Shown here in pieces: positions 1-11,785 of a stretch of 64,000 nt of DNA. Position 1 is the stretch's first letter, and the number at the start of each line of letters is the position of its first letter. The notes under the pieces are model-generated. The model saw nothing but the letters and a program-made list of their open reading frames with translations. It searched no databases and was not told the DNA's origin. Made by a program: the position numbers and the translations under genes. This stretch comes from Squalus acanthias (taxonomy: Eukaryota). Where the stretch lies: assembly GCA_030390025.1 (NCBI GenBank), contig CM059432.1, positions 124,746,001-124,810,000 on the forward strand. Direction: 5' to 3'.

Positions 1-497
1 CTTACACTGTTCAAATGACGCTCAACGTAAGCTCGAGGAACAGCAACTCATCTTTCGATTAGGCACTTTATAGCCTTCTGGACTCAACATCGGGTTCAAC
101 AATTTCAGACCATAACCTATGCTTCGATTTTTTCACATGGCAGCTGTTGATGACTCTGCGATTCCCATTTACACCTCCTCTAGACCCATTTTTTGTTTCT
201 TAACTTTTCCTATTACCATCTCCTTTTGCCTTGCACCATCATCCCTTTTATCTTTTAATCACTCCTGCCTGGCTTCCACCCTATCACAGACCTTCCCTTT
301 TGTTCTTTTCTCCCTTTCCCTGCCCCTGCACTTGCTTAAAATCTGTCAAATCTCGTTTTTTCCAGTTCTGACGAAAGGCCATCGACCTGAAACGTTAACT
401 CTGTTTCTCTCACCACAGATGCTGCCTGACCTGCTGAATAGTTCCAGCATTTTCTGTTATTTCAGATTTTCAGCATCCGCAGTATTTTGCTTTTGTT
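1..497 (+). mobile_element. Penelope-like element 3' end (GIY-YIG C-terminus plus pLTR/3' UTR)
   Basis: Frame reads LHCSNDAQRKLEEQQLIFRLGTL*PSGLNI; colinear with the minus-strand copy at 44068-45057 that has GIY-YIG motifs. Confidence 0.8.
364..400 (+). ncRNA. Minimal type I hammerhead ribozyme motif in Penelope-like pLTR
   Basis: AGTT-CTGACGA-A-AGGCC(atc)GACCT-GAAA-CG-TT-AACT: intact CUGANGA/GAAA core, stem I AGTT/AACT, palindromic ACGT stem III. Confidence 0.72.
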
Positions 498-2283
498 GTG
501 CCATAATCCATGCTATTAAACTCCTAGTGAATTGCTCCCGAGTTTGCTTCGGGTTTGGCGGCCTCATTCACACAGGCTCCTCCCAAATCCAATTTGATCT
601 GGTGGGGATTTATTTGGTCGTGACTGTATGAAGTCATGACTTCACAACTTTGTGCGTCCCAAACATGTAACTTTTGAAGGCATTAAAATAATTTATAACT
701 TCCTCGCGGGAGGAACAACCACTTGTGCTAAACTGTTGCTCTTGGGGACCCAAATTGCAGGAGTTACAATGCAGTCTGAGATTTGTAGATAGGAGAAAAA
801 TGCAAGTATGGAAAAATTAACATCTTTTTATAACTTTTTTTTCAGAAAAAGGTACTGATTGTGACTCCATTCTTTAAATCCTTAAAATAATGTTATAGTA
901 ATAACTATCAGAGTGTCTTTGTCAGTAAGCTGTTTAAGTACTGTCATTTGATCCACACAGCCGTTGTTGTTTGCTTAATATGCATGTGATGGATGTAGCT
1001 TACCTTTTGAAATGATTTAGGCTAGGCATTTTGTGACTAGTCCCAGGACCAAAACTGATGTAAAATAAATCCCCATACTAATGGTGTGCTTCCATTCCAA
1101 CAGCTGTTTTATTGAAAGTTTTTTTAATAAATTAGAAGTTCTGAAAGTAACTTAAATGTTGGCAGCAATTGGTGTTTGCCTTTTTTGTATTTTTTTTGGT
1201 TCTCCTTCAAGGTAAGGGATGTTAGAAATGGAACACATCTAATATCAGCGCTCCCAGGTTAGGTAGCCCATTAAACCCTCCTGCCGTATAGGACTAAGCA
1301 CCATATCGGCTGGTAAAAGATGGTTACAGCCATGGAAGGAGGGTTCACGTTGCAGCCTATCGGCCTGCGAATCCTACCACTATTTCACACTATTCTCCAT
1401 GAGAAAAGTAAAGGTGCAGCAACTGAGAGTGAGTTTTGGGAAGAATAAACAAATAAAAATATTTACATCTTAAGCAAATCTGCCAGAGGGTTAAGGAAAC
1501 AAAGGTTGCATAATAATGCAAATAACTGAGCATTAGAGATTTTACAGAGAGAATAAAAAGTTATTTTCATCATAAAAACAAATTTCTTAAAGTAATATTA
1601 TGAATATTATAACTGAAGGCTGTGGACTGTATCTTTTAGTATAAGTAATGTGTATAGTATCTTTACCTTGTCAGTCACGTGATATTTTTCAGTAAATTTG
1701 TTGCATTACAGCACTGGGCAAGCCACGTAAAGGAGTAGAAACAACAATCCTGATCCCTGACTACCTTTAAGCAATATCACAGGAGATCCCAGTGTAATCT
1801 GTTAATACTGGTTATCCTATTCTACATTTCAGATATATAGAATATCCATTTTAGAGTTTGGTTGGTTATATGTACAGCAGAAGTGCATTTCTGATATTTG
1901 CCCGACCTGTTTGTATCCTGAAACCTTAAGGGAGTGTCACCATCAGCAGATCCTTTTTTAAAAACATTTTAACGAATTCTAATTTACTTGAAACTTTTTT
2001 TTAAATGAAAAAAATTCAAATCGAATCTTAGTGAAGATTCTTGAGAGATTTGGGGATGCAGATACATTTATTTTTAACAGAGTGCAGATGAAAAGGACAG
2101 TATGCCTTGGGGTGAGGAAGGTAAAAAAAAAAAAAATTGGGAGAATGGGGGAAGTTTGATCAGAATTCCTATCTTTATAAAAAAAATGTTCTGATTGAGG
2201 TTACTTCCCTAAGCCCTCTACTGAATGACTTAAATTACTAACCACTGAAACGGCTGCTAATTGTTGCTACATGTTTATTTTAG

Positions 2284-2407
2284 TTCTATGCACCTTGGTG
2301 TGGCCACTGCAAGAAGTTGGAACCAGTATGGGATGAGGTAGCTGCTGAACTGCATACCTCAGGGTCTCCAGTAAAAGTGGGGAAGATGGATGCAACAGTT
2401 TATGCAG
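2284..2407 (+). CDS. TMX3: TMX3 coding exon with thioredoxin active site ([41 protein letters not shown])
   Basis: ttttag acceptor and GTGAGG donor; 124 nt; translation matches recalled vertebrate TMX3 ([19 protein letters not shown]...[12 protein letters not shown]); ends phase 1. Confidence 0.96.
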
Positions 2408-3117
2408 GTGAGGTGTGCACCAGTGTCCTATTCTGTCTTGCATTGAAAAATTGGTCCATGTCTTTAAAAAAAAAATAACACAACCAGAATGAGTTGTACA
2501 AGAAATGGTTTTACATCACTCAATCACAGTCCCATCTAAAATATTCTGTTATTGGATTTAACCAGAGCCTCCATTTTACCATGACTGTAAAAGTTCCAGA
2601 ATCCCATGAAATAAAAGTGGGATTTAACTTCAGTGTTTTTGGTTGGGTGGGGGGGGCGGTGGTTATCTATGTTCTGAGATTCATTCCATATTATAATTAA
2701 GTAATTCCGTTTTTATTGCATGGTATTACAGGAGTTTTAGAGATGTTTCAAGATTGTATTCTGCATTTTGTTCATTTTATTCCTTGAAAACTGCAAATCG
2801 ATGACCTTGGACAAAACCAATTCAATTCTTTTCAAAGGGAGTTGAATGTGTACTTAAACACAACATATTTGGTTCTGACTGAACCCACCTTAAAATCAAT
2901 TGACAATATATGAGCTGGCTTCACTCTTGTTTCTTAATTTTAGACTACTCGTGATTATACAGTATTCTTATCTTGGCATGTAATAGCTGGTATAGCCATT
3001 TAATTTAACTTAATTCGCTATTCGTCCTGAACACTCTTATCAGTGTCCTTTTTAAATCTGTTAAGTAAAGTTGCTTAAAGAAGACTAGAGAATGCAAGAG
3101 TTTCCTAATTAACAAAG

Positions 3118-3321
3118 ATAACTACATCGACAAGGGACTGTCGCTCTAACAATAACTACATCTACAAAGGACTGTCTCTCTAACAATAACTACATCTACA
3201 AAGGACTGTCTCTCTAACAATAACTTCATCTACAAGGGACTGTCGCTCTAACAATAACTACATCTACAAGGGACTGTCGCTCTAACAATAACTACATCTA
3301 CAAGGGACTGTCTCTCTAACA
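3118..3321. repeat. Minisatellite, 6 x 34 bp (ATAACTACATCTACAAGGGACTGTCGCTCTAACA)
   Basis: Exact 34-nt periodicity, head to tail, few substitutions, no spacers. Confidence 0.95.
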
Positions 3322-4320
3322 AAAACAATGAGCCTTTGCTGTTGTTACTCTAATTACTTCTGGAAAATATTGCTGAGAATTGTGTGGTACAAACCCTCTG
3401 TTTATATTTTAATTTCAAAAGGAAATCTCTATATTCAATTAGCTAATCAGTGACATGTGCTAGAAGGTCTCTTTCCCTCGCGCGCCCCCCCCCCCCTTCT
3501 GTCAATCAAACCTCTTAAATATGGAGTCCTGTGACTGTCATTGAGACTGGAGCATGGCTTTCCTTGGAGTAGGACAGACTTCATGTCTGCGGTTCTTGCA
3601 TTTGAGAGTTTTTCACACAAATGGGGAGATTTGACTGTTTATCCTCCCTAGGTGATGGTCCAAATGGGGGACAGCAACATTTTTACTGCAGTAAGAAATG
3701 TCACTGTTCTTTTGGGGTCAATACTTAGGACCTTTTTATAGCTTTAATTGCATCATGAATTTTAGCTTAGAAGATTTTTATTGCTTAATTATATGGGAAC
3801 TTCCCTGGCTTAAAGTAGCTTTGCTTTGCAGCCATTTCCCAGCATTCAGTTCAACTACAGGCCCCATATTACATGGGTGGTTTCTATTTTAAGCACATTT
3901 TAGGCAGCTTATAGCGCATTTCCCCTTGGAATCTCCAAGGCAATTTACGGGGCTCTGTTTCTACAGTTATGCGATCCACCTGCTCTGCCTCCCAACTGTG
4001 CTCCCTTTGCCTTCAGTCTGCCTCCCATTCTTGCTCTGCATACCTTAGTCCTCTTCTTGAACCCATGCCATGTCTATTTAATGACTAGGGGGACAGTCCC
4101 ATCATCTGAAGGAAAGGCACAGGAATGATGCACAAGCATGTGCTTGGCCCTTTAAGCAATGTTGTGTGAGTTCCACTAGTAAGTTCCCATGCGCTCCATG
4201 GACTTTTGGCACTTTTAAAGTGTAGCTTTGCATCATGTTAGAGTTGCACTGGATCCATTGTAAAGTCAGTGTGAAACTGCCTACTCGAGGTGTTCTCGCA
4301 TCTCAAATCACTGACCTAAC

Positions 4321-7300
4321 CGGGTATGGTAGCATAGTGGTTATTTTACTGGTTTAGTAATCCAGAGGCCTGGACTAATGATCCAGAGTTCAAATCCCAT
4401 CACAGGAGCTGGGGAATTTAAATTCAGTTAATGAAATAAATCTGGAATAAAAAGCTAGTATTGTGAAACTATTGGAGTGTTGTAAAAACCCATCTGGTTC
4501 ACTAATGTCCTTTAGGGAAGGAAATCTGCCGTCCTTACCTGGTCTGGCCTATGTGTGACTCCAGATCCACAACAATGTGGTTGACTCTACTGCCATCTGA
4601 AATGGCCTAGCAAGCCATTCAGTTGTACCAAACCGTTACGAAGAACAATAATCAGAATAAAACCGGACGGACCACCCGGCATTGACCACGGCACCGGCTA
4701 CAGACATGACAACAGCACACCCAGCCCAGTCGACCCTGCAAAGTCATTGTCCTCCAACATCTAGGGACTTGTGCCAAAATTGGGAGAGCTGTCCCAGAGA
4801 CTAGTCAAGCAACAGCCTGACTTAGTCATACTCACAGAATCATACCTTTCAGCCAATGTCCCAAACTCCTCCATCACCATCCCTGGGTATGTCCTGTCTC
4901 ACCGGCAGGGCAGACCCACCAGGGGTGGCGGCACAGTGGTATACAGTCGGGAAGGAGTGGCCCTGGGAGGGCTCAACATTGACTCAGGACCCCATGAAGT
5001 CTCATGGCTTCAGGTCAAGCAGGGGCAAGGAAACCTCCTGCTGATTACCACCTACTGCCCTCCCTCAGCCGATGAATCAGTACTCCTCCATGTTGAACAC
5101 CACTTGGATGAAGCACCAAGAGTAGCAAGGGCACAGAACATACTCTGGGTGGGGGACTTCAATGTCCATCACCAAGAGTGGCTCGGTAGCACCATTACAG
5201 ACCAAGCTGGCCGAGTCATGAAGGACATAGCTGCCAGTCTGGGCCTGCGACAGGTGGTGAGAGAACCAACATGAGGGGAAAAACCTGCATGACCTCGTCC
5301 TCACCAATCTACCTGTCGCAGATGCATCTGTCCATGACAGCATTGGTAGCAGTGACGACTGCACAGTCATTGTGGAGACGAAGTCCCATCTTCACACTGA
5401 GGACACCCTCCATCGTGTTGTGTGGCACTACCACCGTGCTAAATGGGATAGATTCAGAACAGATCTAGCAGCTCAAAACTTGGCATCCATGAGGCGCTGT
5501 GGGCATCAGCCGCAGCAGAAGAATTGTATTCCACCGCAATCTGTAACCTCATGGCCTGGTGTATCCCTCACTCTAACATTACCATCAAGCCAGGGGACCA
5601 ACCCTGGTTCAATAAGGAGTGTAGAAGAGCATGCCAGGAGCAGCACCAGGCATACCTAAAAATGAGGTGCCAACCTGGGGAAGCTGCAGCACAGGACTAC
5701 ATGCATGCTAAAAAGCAGAAGCAGCATGCTATATACAGGGCTAAGCGATTCCACAATCAGCGGATCAGATCAAAGCTCTGCAGTCCTGCCACATTCAGTT
5801 GTGAATGGTGGTGGACCATTAAACAACTAATGGGGGGAGGAGGAGGCTCCATGAATATCCTCATCCTCCATGATGGTTGAGCCCAGCACGTGAGTGCAAA
5901 AGACAATGCTGAAGCGTTTGCAATTATCTTCAGCCAGAAGTGTCGAGTGGATGATCGATATCAGCCTGCTCCTGAGGTCCCCACCATCACAGAAGCCAGT
6001 CTTCAGCCAATTCGATTCACTCCATGTGATATCAAGAAACGATTGAGTACACTGGATACAGCAAAGCCTATGGGCCCTGACAACATCCTGGCTGTCGTGC
6101 TGAAGACTTGTGCTGCAGCACTAGCTGCACCTCTAGCCAAGCTGTCCCAGTACAGCTACAACACTGTCTGATAATGTGGAAAACTGCCCATGTATGTCCT
6201 GTCCACAAAAAGCAGGACAAATCCAATCCGGCCAATTACCGCCCCATCAGTCTACATTCAATCATCAGCAAAGTGATGGAGGGTGTCCTCGACAGTGCTG
6301 TCAATCGGCACTTACCAATAATCTGCTGACTGATGCCCAGTTTGGGTTCCGCCAGGACCACTTGGCTCCAGACCTCATTACAGCCTTGGTCCAAAGGAGC
6401 TGAATTCCATAGGTGAGGTGAGAGTGACTGCCCTTGACATCAAGGCAGCATTTGACTGAGTGTGGCATCAAAGAGCCCTAGTAAAACTGAAGTCGATGGG
6501 AATCGGAGTGGGGGGAACCTCTCCACTGGCTGTAGTCGTACCTAGCACAAAGGAAGGTGGTTGTGGCGGTTGGAGGTCAATCATCACAGCCCCAGGACAT
6601 CACTGCAGGAGTTCCTCAGGGCAGTGTCCTAGACGCAACCATCTTCAGCTGTTTCATCAATGACCTTCCCTCCAACATAAGGTCAGAAATGGTATGCTCG
6701 CTGATGACTACAGTTTTCAGTGCCATTTGCAACTCCTCAGATAATGAAGCAGTCCATGCCCGCATGCAGCAAGACCTGGACGACATGCAGGCTTGGGCTG
6801 ATGTGTGGCGTGAATGTTACCTGCCACTTAAGTGCCAGGCAATGACTATCTCCAACAAGCAAGAGTCTAACCACCACCCCTTGACATTCAGCGGCATTAC
6901 TATCGCCGAATCCCCCACCATCAACATCCTGGGGGTCACCATTGACTAGAAACTTAACTGGACCAGCCATATAAATACTGAGAGTAGATCAGAGGCTCGG
7001 TATTCTGCAGTGAGTGTTTCACCTCCTGACTCCCCAAAGCCTTTCCGCCATCTACAAGGCACAAGTAAGGAGTGTGATGGAATACTCTCCACTTGCCTGG
7101 ATGAGTACAGTTCCAACAACACTCAAGAAGCTCGACACCATCCAGGACAAAGCAGCCCGCTTGATTGGCACCCCATCCACCACATTAAACATTCACTCCC
7201 TCCACCACATGGCGTTACCATGTGTGTACCATCTGCAAGATGCACTGCAGCAACTCACCAAGGCTTCTTCGGCAGCACCTCCCAAACCTGCGACCTCTAC

Positions 7301-7589
7301 CACCTAGAAGGACAAGGGCAGCAGGCGCATGGGAACACCACCACCTCCAAGTTCCCTTTCAAGTCACACACCATCCTGACTTGGAAATATATCGCTGTTC
7401 CTTCATCAGCGCTGGGTCAAAATCCTAGAAATCCCTCCCTAACAGCACTGTGGGAGCACCGTCACCACACGGACTGCAGCGGTTCAAGAAGGCGGCTCAC
7501 CACCACCTTCTCAAAGGCAACTCGGGATGGGCAATAAATGCTGGCTTTGCCAGCGACGCCCACATCCCATGAACGAATTTAAAAAAAAA
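4321..7589 (+). mobile_element. Near full-length degenerate single-ORF CR1-group LINE (APE + RT) with tRNA-derived 5' head
   Basis: A box TAGCATAGTGG 4330-4340, B box GAGTTCAAATCC 4386-4397; APE motifs (NI*GL, LTES, GGGT, GDFN); RT motifs (RPISL, QFGFR, GVPQGSVL, INDL); A-rich tail; many stops and frameshifts. Confidence 0.9.
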
Positions 7590-8171
7590 CTCCCCAGTTA
7601 GAATGCCACTTTCCTGTTGCGCACTCAAAACCACTTCATATTGATGGAAAAATGGCTGTATTAAAAGGGTGTTTCTCTTTTGTTAATCAGTTGGAGAGGA
7701 GCTCTATAAAAGACTAATTACCAGTTTTATCCAGGTCCATTTTTTATGTAGAAGCTGTGATAAAATAAAGATTATGAACAATGTCGAGTTTGTTGAAATA
7801 AATATTTACAATTTTATATTGCTTGGTCTTTGAATATTTTAAGATCATCTTAAATTGCAACAATAATATGCCAGTAATAGTATTGCTTGTTTAAAATAGA
7901 TGCTAAGAAACTTACACTTTGTAGTACAGCCACAAAGCAGATATTGTTTTTCTGACAGAGATTTTCTTAGTTTGGAACTTCATGGTAAATACAATAATCA
8001 GCATCACTGTATGTTCCCTGTAGACCATTCTCATCAAAGGAAAATTAGTGTCACTGCTCTAAAGGATGTTCATTATGTCACAGATGGAGAGGTAACTGTT
8101 AAATGCACTATTGCCACACGCTGGAAATAACAGCTTTTATCCCCATATGATCTAACGCACGTTTTTATAAT

Positions 8172-8668
8172 CAGAGCGACTGCTGCCAACGACCGGAAGC
8201 TGCGCAGAAGCGTTCTGCGCATAAATCTGTAGTGGTTCTGTTTGGCCGGCCTCCCCCTCTACCCCGGCTCGTTTATGTTACATTTTATAAATGCCTGCCT
8301 TTGACCTGTTGTAGTTTTGCTGTCGCTGCTGTTTCTGCTTTGTTTCCCCAGTGCCCGTGTGTCCCGAAGGCCTGCTTCGTTCCCGGTTCAATGGCAGTAT
8401 GGTACCAGTACCAGTGCCTCTTGACACGTTCAACTCCTCCCTCTGTTCATATTTTCCCTCCATTCTATACCAATTCGCCACCTGTTGAATTCTCTTTCAC
8501 CTTTATTTAACTCGTCTTTATCTCTTTTCACCACTCCCTCCCCTCCTTTCTCTCTGGAAGTGTTTTCTTTGTGATGGCAACAATTTTTTCTTTTCAGTTA
8601 GCAAACAACCAAAAAAATAGGACTGCACATGCGCAACTACTTCAACTTTGTTGGCAGCAGTCACTGCC
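8172..8668. mobile_element. Putative non-autonomous DNA transposon (MITE)
   Basis: GAGCGACTGCTGCCAAC (8174-8190) vs reverse complement of 8650-8666 CAGTGACTGCTGCCAAC (15/17); flanked by TTTTATAAT / TTTTCTAAT. Confidence 0.6.
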
Positions 8669-9099
8669 TTTTCTAATACAGGAAAAGCCTTGATACCACA
8701 TTCAGATTCTTATGACAAAGGATCTTTAAATTATTTTAATGTTTGCTGCAAATGTATTTCATTTTTTCCTCACACACCCTAAGCCCTTTGACATCTCATT
8801 CAACAAGCCATTCTACATGTGAGAATAGATTGCGAGTCTGAGCAGGCTATTTACTGTAGGGAGGCAATGCAATCATGTCCGATCCTATCCTCACCTGATG
8901 TCCACGTTTCAACTTTCTAGCAGGAACTGTGGGTGGGATTGTCCCACGCCCTCAGTTTTGCAGCATTGAGACCAATTATAACAACTCACTACTGCCTAGC
9001 TGGCATTGGTTAATTCCCCATAGACCAGGAATCAAATCTGAGGTTCGTGGTCTTTGTTGTTTGGAACCATACCATGTAACATTTCCCATTACACAACAA

Positions 9100-10890
9100 A
9101 ACTTGCACCTGGGCATTCAATCCCTCACCAGGGTGGCCCACGGACCCTCCACTTCCTTGATCAGTGGCCCATACAGTTCCCGTCCAACACCAATCGCCTC
9201 CATCTGGATGAACTTGTTCTCGCGTTGAACAACATTTCCTATAATTCCATTCACTTCCTCAAGATAAAAGGTGTTGCTGTGGATATCCACATGGATCCTA
9301 ACTATGCCTGTCTCTTTGTAGGATATGACAACATTCTTTGTTCCAGTCCTACTTCGGTCCCCTTCCTGATCTTTCTGTTACATGGATGACTGTCAGGGCT
9401 GCTTCCTGCTTGCACTGATCTCGAATTTCATCAATTTTGCTTTAAATTTCCACCCATCTCTTACTTTTACATGTTCCATCTTGGAAACTTGCCTTCCTTT
9501 CCTAGACTTCTCTTTCTATCTCAGGGGATAGGCTGTCTGCTGCCATCTTTTACAAGCCAACTGACTCCCACAGCTAGCTGGATTATACTTCTTCCCACCC
9601 TGCTTCCTGTAAGGACCCCATTTCCTACTCCCAGTTTCTCCGTCTCCACCGCATCTGCTCTAATGATACCACCTGAGATCTGAAATGTCCTCCTTTTTCC
9701 TCAGCCAAGTATTCCCTTCCACTGTGGTTGACGGGACCTTTAATTGAGTCCAACCCATTTCCTGTAATTGTGTCTTCACCGTTTCCTCTGACTCTCAGAA
9801 TCGTGATTGGGTTTCCCCCTTGTTCTCACTTTCTACCCACTGGCCTCTGAATCCAACAGATTATTTTCTTCTGCCATTTCTGACACCTCTAAGTATATCT
9901 TCCCCTCCCCTCCTAACATTCCAAAGGGACCATTCCCTCTGTGACACCCTGGTTCACTCAATCACCCCAACCCCTGCTCTCCTTTCCATTCAAGCACAGG
10001 AGATATGAACACTTGTCCATTCACCTCCCCCACACCACTGTCCAAGGCCTCGAGTGCTCCTGTGTGAGACAATGATTTACATGTACTTCTCCCAATCTAG
10101 TATACTGTATTCGTTGCTGACGGTTTGGTCACCTCTACATTGGAGAAACAAAACGCAAATTAGGTGACCTCCGTTCTGTTTGCAAATATGGCTCAGCGCT
10201 CCTTGTCACTTGCCATTTCAATTCTCTGCCCACTCCCACTCTGACCTCTATCTTTGCACTTCTACACTGTTTCAGTAAAGCTCAAAGTAAGCGCAAGGAC
10301 CTCATCTTTCTACGAGACACTTTGGAGCCCTCTGGGCTTAATGTTAACTGTTGCAACTTCAGACTTTAACTAAAATTCCCCTTTTCTCTGGCAGTCGGCA
10401 CTGGCAGTGTGGTATGGGTGTGCCGGTGTTTTCGGGGATGGCGGTGGGAGCGGATTGGCACTTGGGGTGCCTTTTCGGAATACTACTGGTGGGATAGTCT
10501 GAACCCTTGGTGTTGGCCTGCTTCTGTTTTTTCTTCCACCAGACTCCCAGGCCACTAGAGCCTGCTCTGCTTTATCAATTTTTTTAATATAAATGGTTCC
10601 ATTGCTACCTATCCTCTTTAGCTATTCATGCCCTGTCTTATATATGACTTTTATTTCTTTAATTTCTCTCATGCCTCCTTTTGTCTCCTGCTAACATCAC
10701 ATCTGCCATTATATCGCCTTCTGTCTTCCCACCAAACACTATCATTTTATTTATTTTTCTTTGTCTTTTTTTCCATTCTCTCTCTTCCCATGTGTTTTTT
10801 AAATGCTACTCACCTGTAGTATCTACTAGTTTTGAGAAAGGGCCAATGGCTTGAAACGTTGACTACTATTTTTCATGGATGCTGCTGGAC
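9100..10890 (+). mobile_element. Old degraded Penelope-like element (RT and GIY-YIG remnants)
   Basis: Remnants KGVAV..MDPNYACLFVGY (RT) and LYIGETKRKL (GIY-YIG); ends in a degenerate hammerhead-like pLTR motif at 10827-10865. Confidence 0.75.
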
Positions 10891-10892
10891 CT

Positions 10893-11785
10893 TTTTTTAT
10901 TCATTCATGGGATGTGGGCATTGCTGACAAGGCCACCACTTATTGCCTATCCCTAATGGCCCTTGAGAAGGTGGTGGTGAGCTGCCTTCTTGAACCGCTG
11001 CAGTCCGTGTGGTGAAGATACTCCCATAGTGCTGTTAGGGAGGGAGTTCCAGGATTTTGACCCAGCGACGATGAAGGAATGGTGATATATTTCCAAGTCA
11101 GTATGGTGTGTGACTTGGAGGGGAACTTGGAGGTGGTGGTGTTTTCATGTGCATGCTGCCTTTGTCCTTCTAGGTGGTAGAGGTCATGGGTCTGGGAGGT
11201 GCTGTCGAAGAAGCCTTGGAGAGTTGCTGTAGTGCATCTTGTAGATGGTACACATTGCAGCCACGTTGCGCCGGTTGTGGATGGGGTGCCAATCAAGCAG
11301 GCTGCTTAGTCCTGGATGGTGTCGAGCTTATGAGTGTTGTCGGAGCTTCACCCATCCAGGCAAGTGGAGAGTATTCCATCACACTCCTGACTTGTGCCTT
11401 GTAGGTGGTGGAAAGGCTTTGGGGAGTCAGGAGATGAGCCACTCACCACAGAATACCCAGTCTCTGACCTGCTCTTGTAGCCACATTTATAAAGTTAACC
11501 AAAGGAAACCAGTCATTGGTGCCCCCCAGGATATTGATGGTGGTGGATTCAACAATGCTAATACAATTGAATGTCAAGGAGAGGTGGTTAGACTCTCTCT
11601 TGTTGGAGATGGTCATTGCCTGCCACTTGTGTGATGCAAATGTTGTCCAGGTCTTGCTGCATGCGGGCACGGACTGTTTCATTATCTGAGGAGTTACGAA
11701 TGGAGCTGAACACTGCAATCATCAGCGAACATCCCCTGCCTTCTGATGGAGGGAAAGTCATTGATGAAGCAGCTAAAGATGGCCT
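10893..11785 (-). mobile_element. 5'-truncated copy of the CR1-group LINE family of 4321-7589
   Basis: Reverse complement matches its RT C-terminus and 3' tail (ATCCCATGAATGAATAAAAAA). Confidence 0.88.

Noticed and set aside
119..631. 170-aa hydrophobic ORF and the many similar short ORFs in the track
   Set aside because: They arise from pyrimidine-rich TE UTRs or alternative/antisense frames of LINEs; no protein motifs
3118..3321. 34-bp repeats resembling a CRISPR array
   Set aside because: Units are head to tail with no unique spacers; eukaryotic intron; no cas genes
4325..4400. Functional tRNA gene
   Set aside because: Only A/B boxes are recognisable; no clean cloverleaf; it continues into repeat body in several copies
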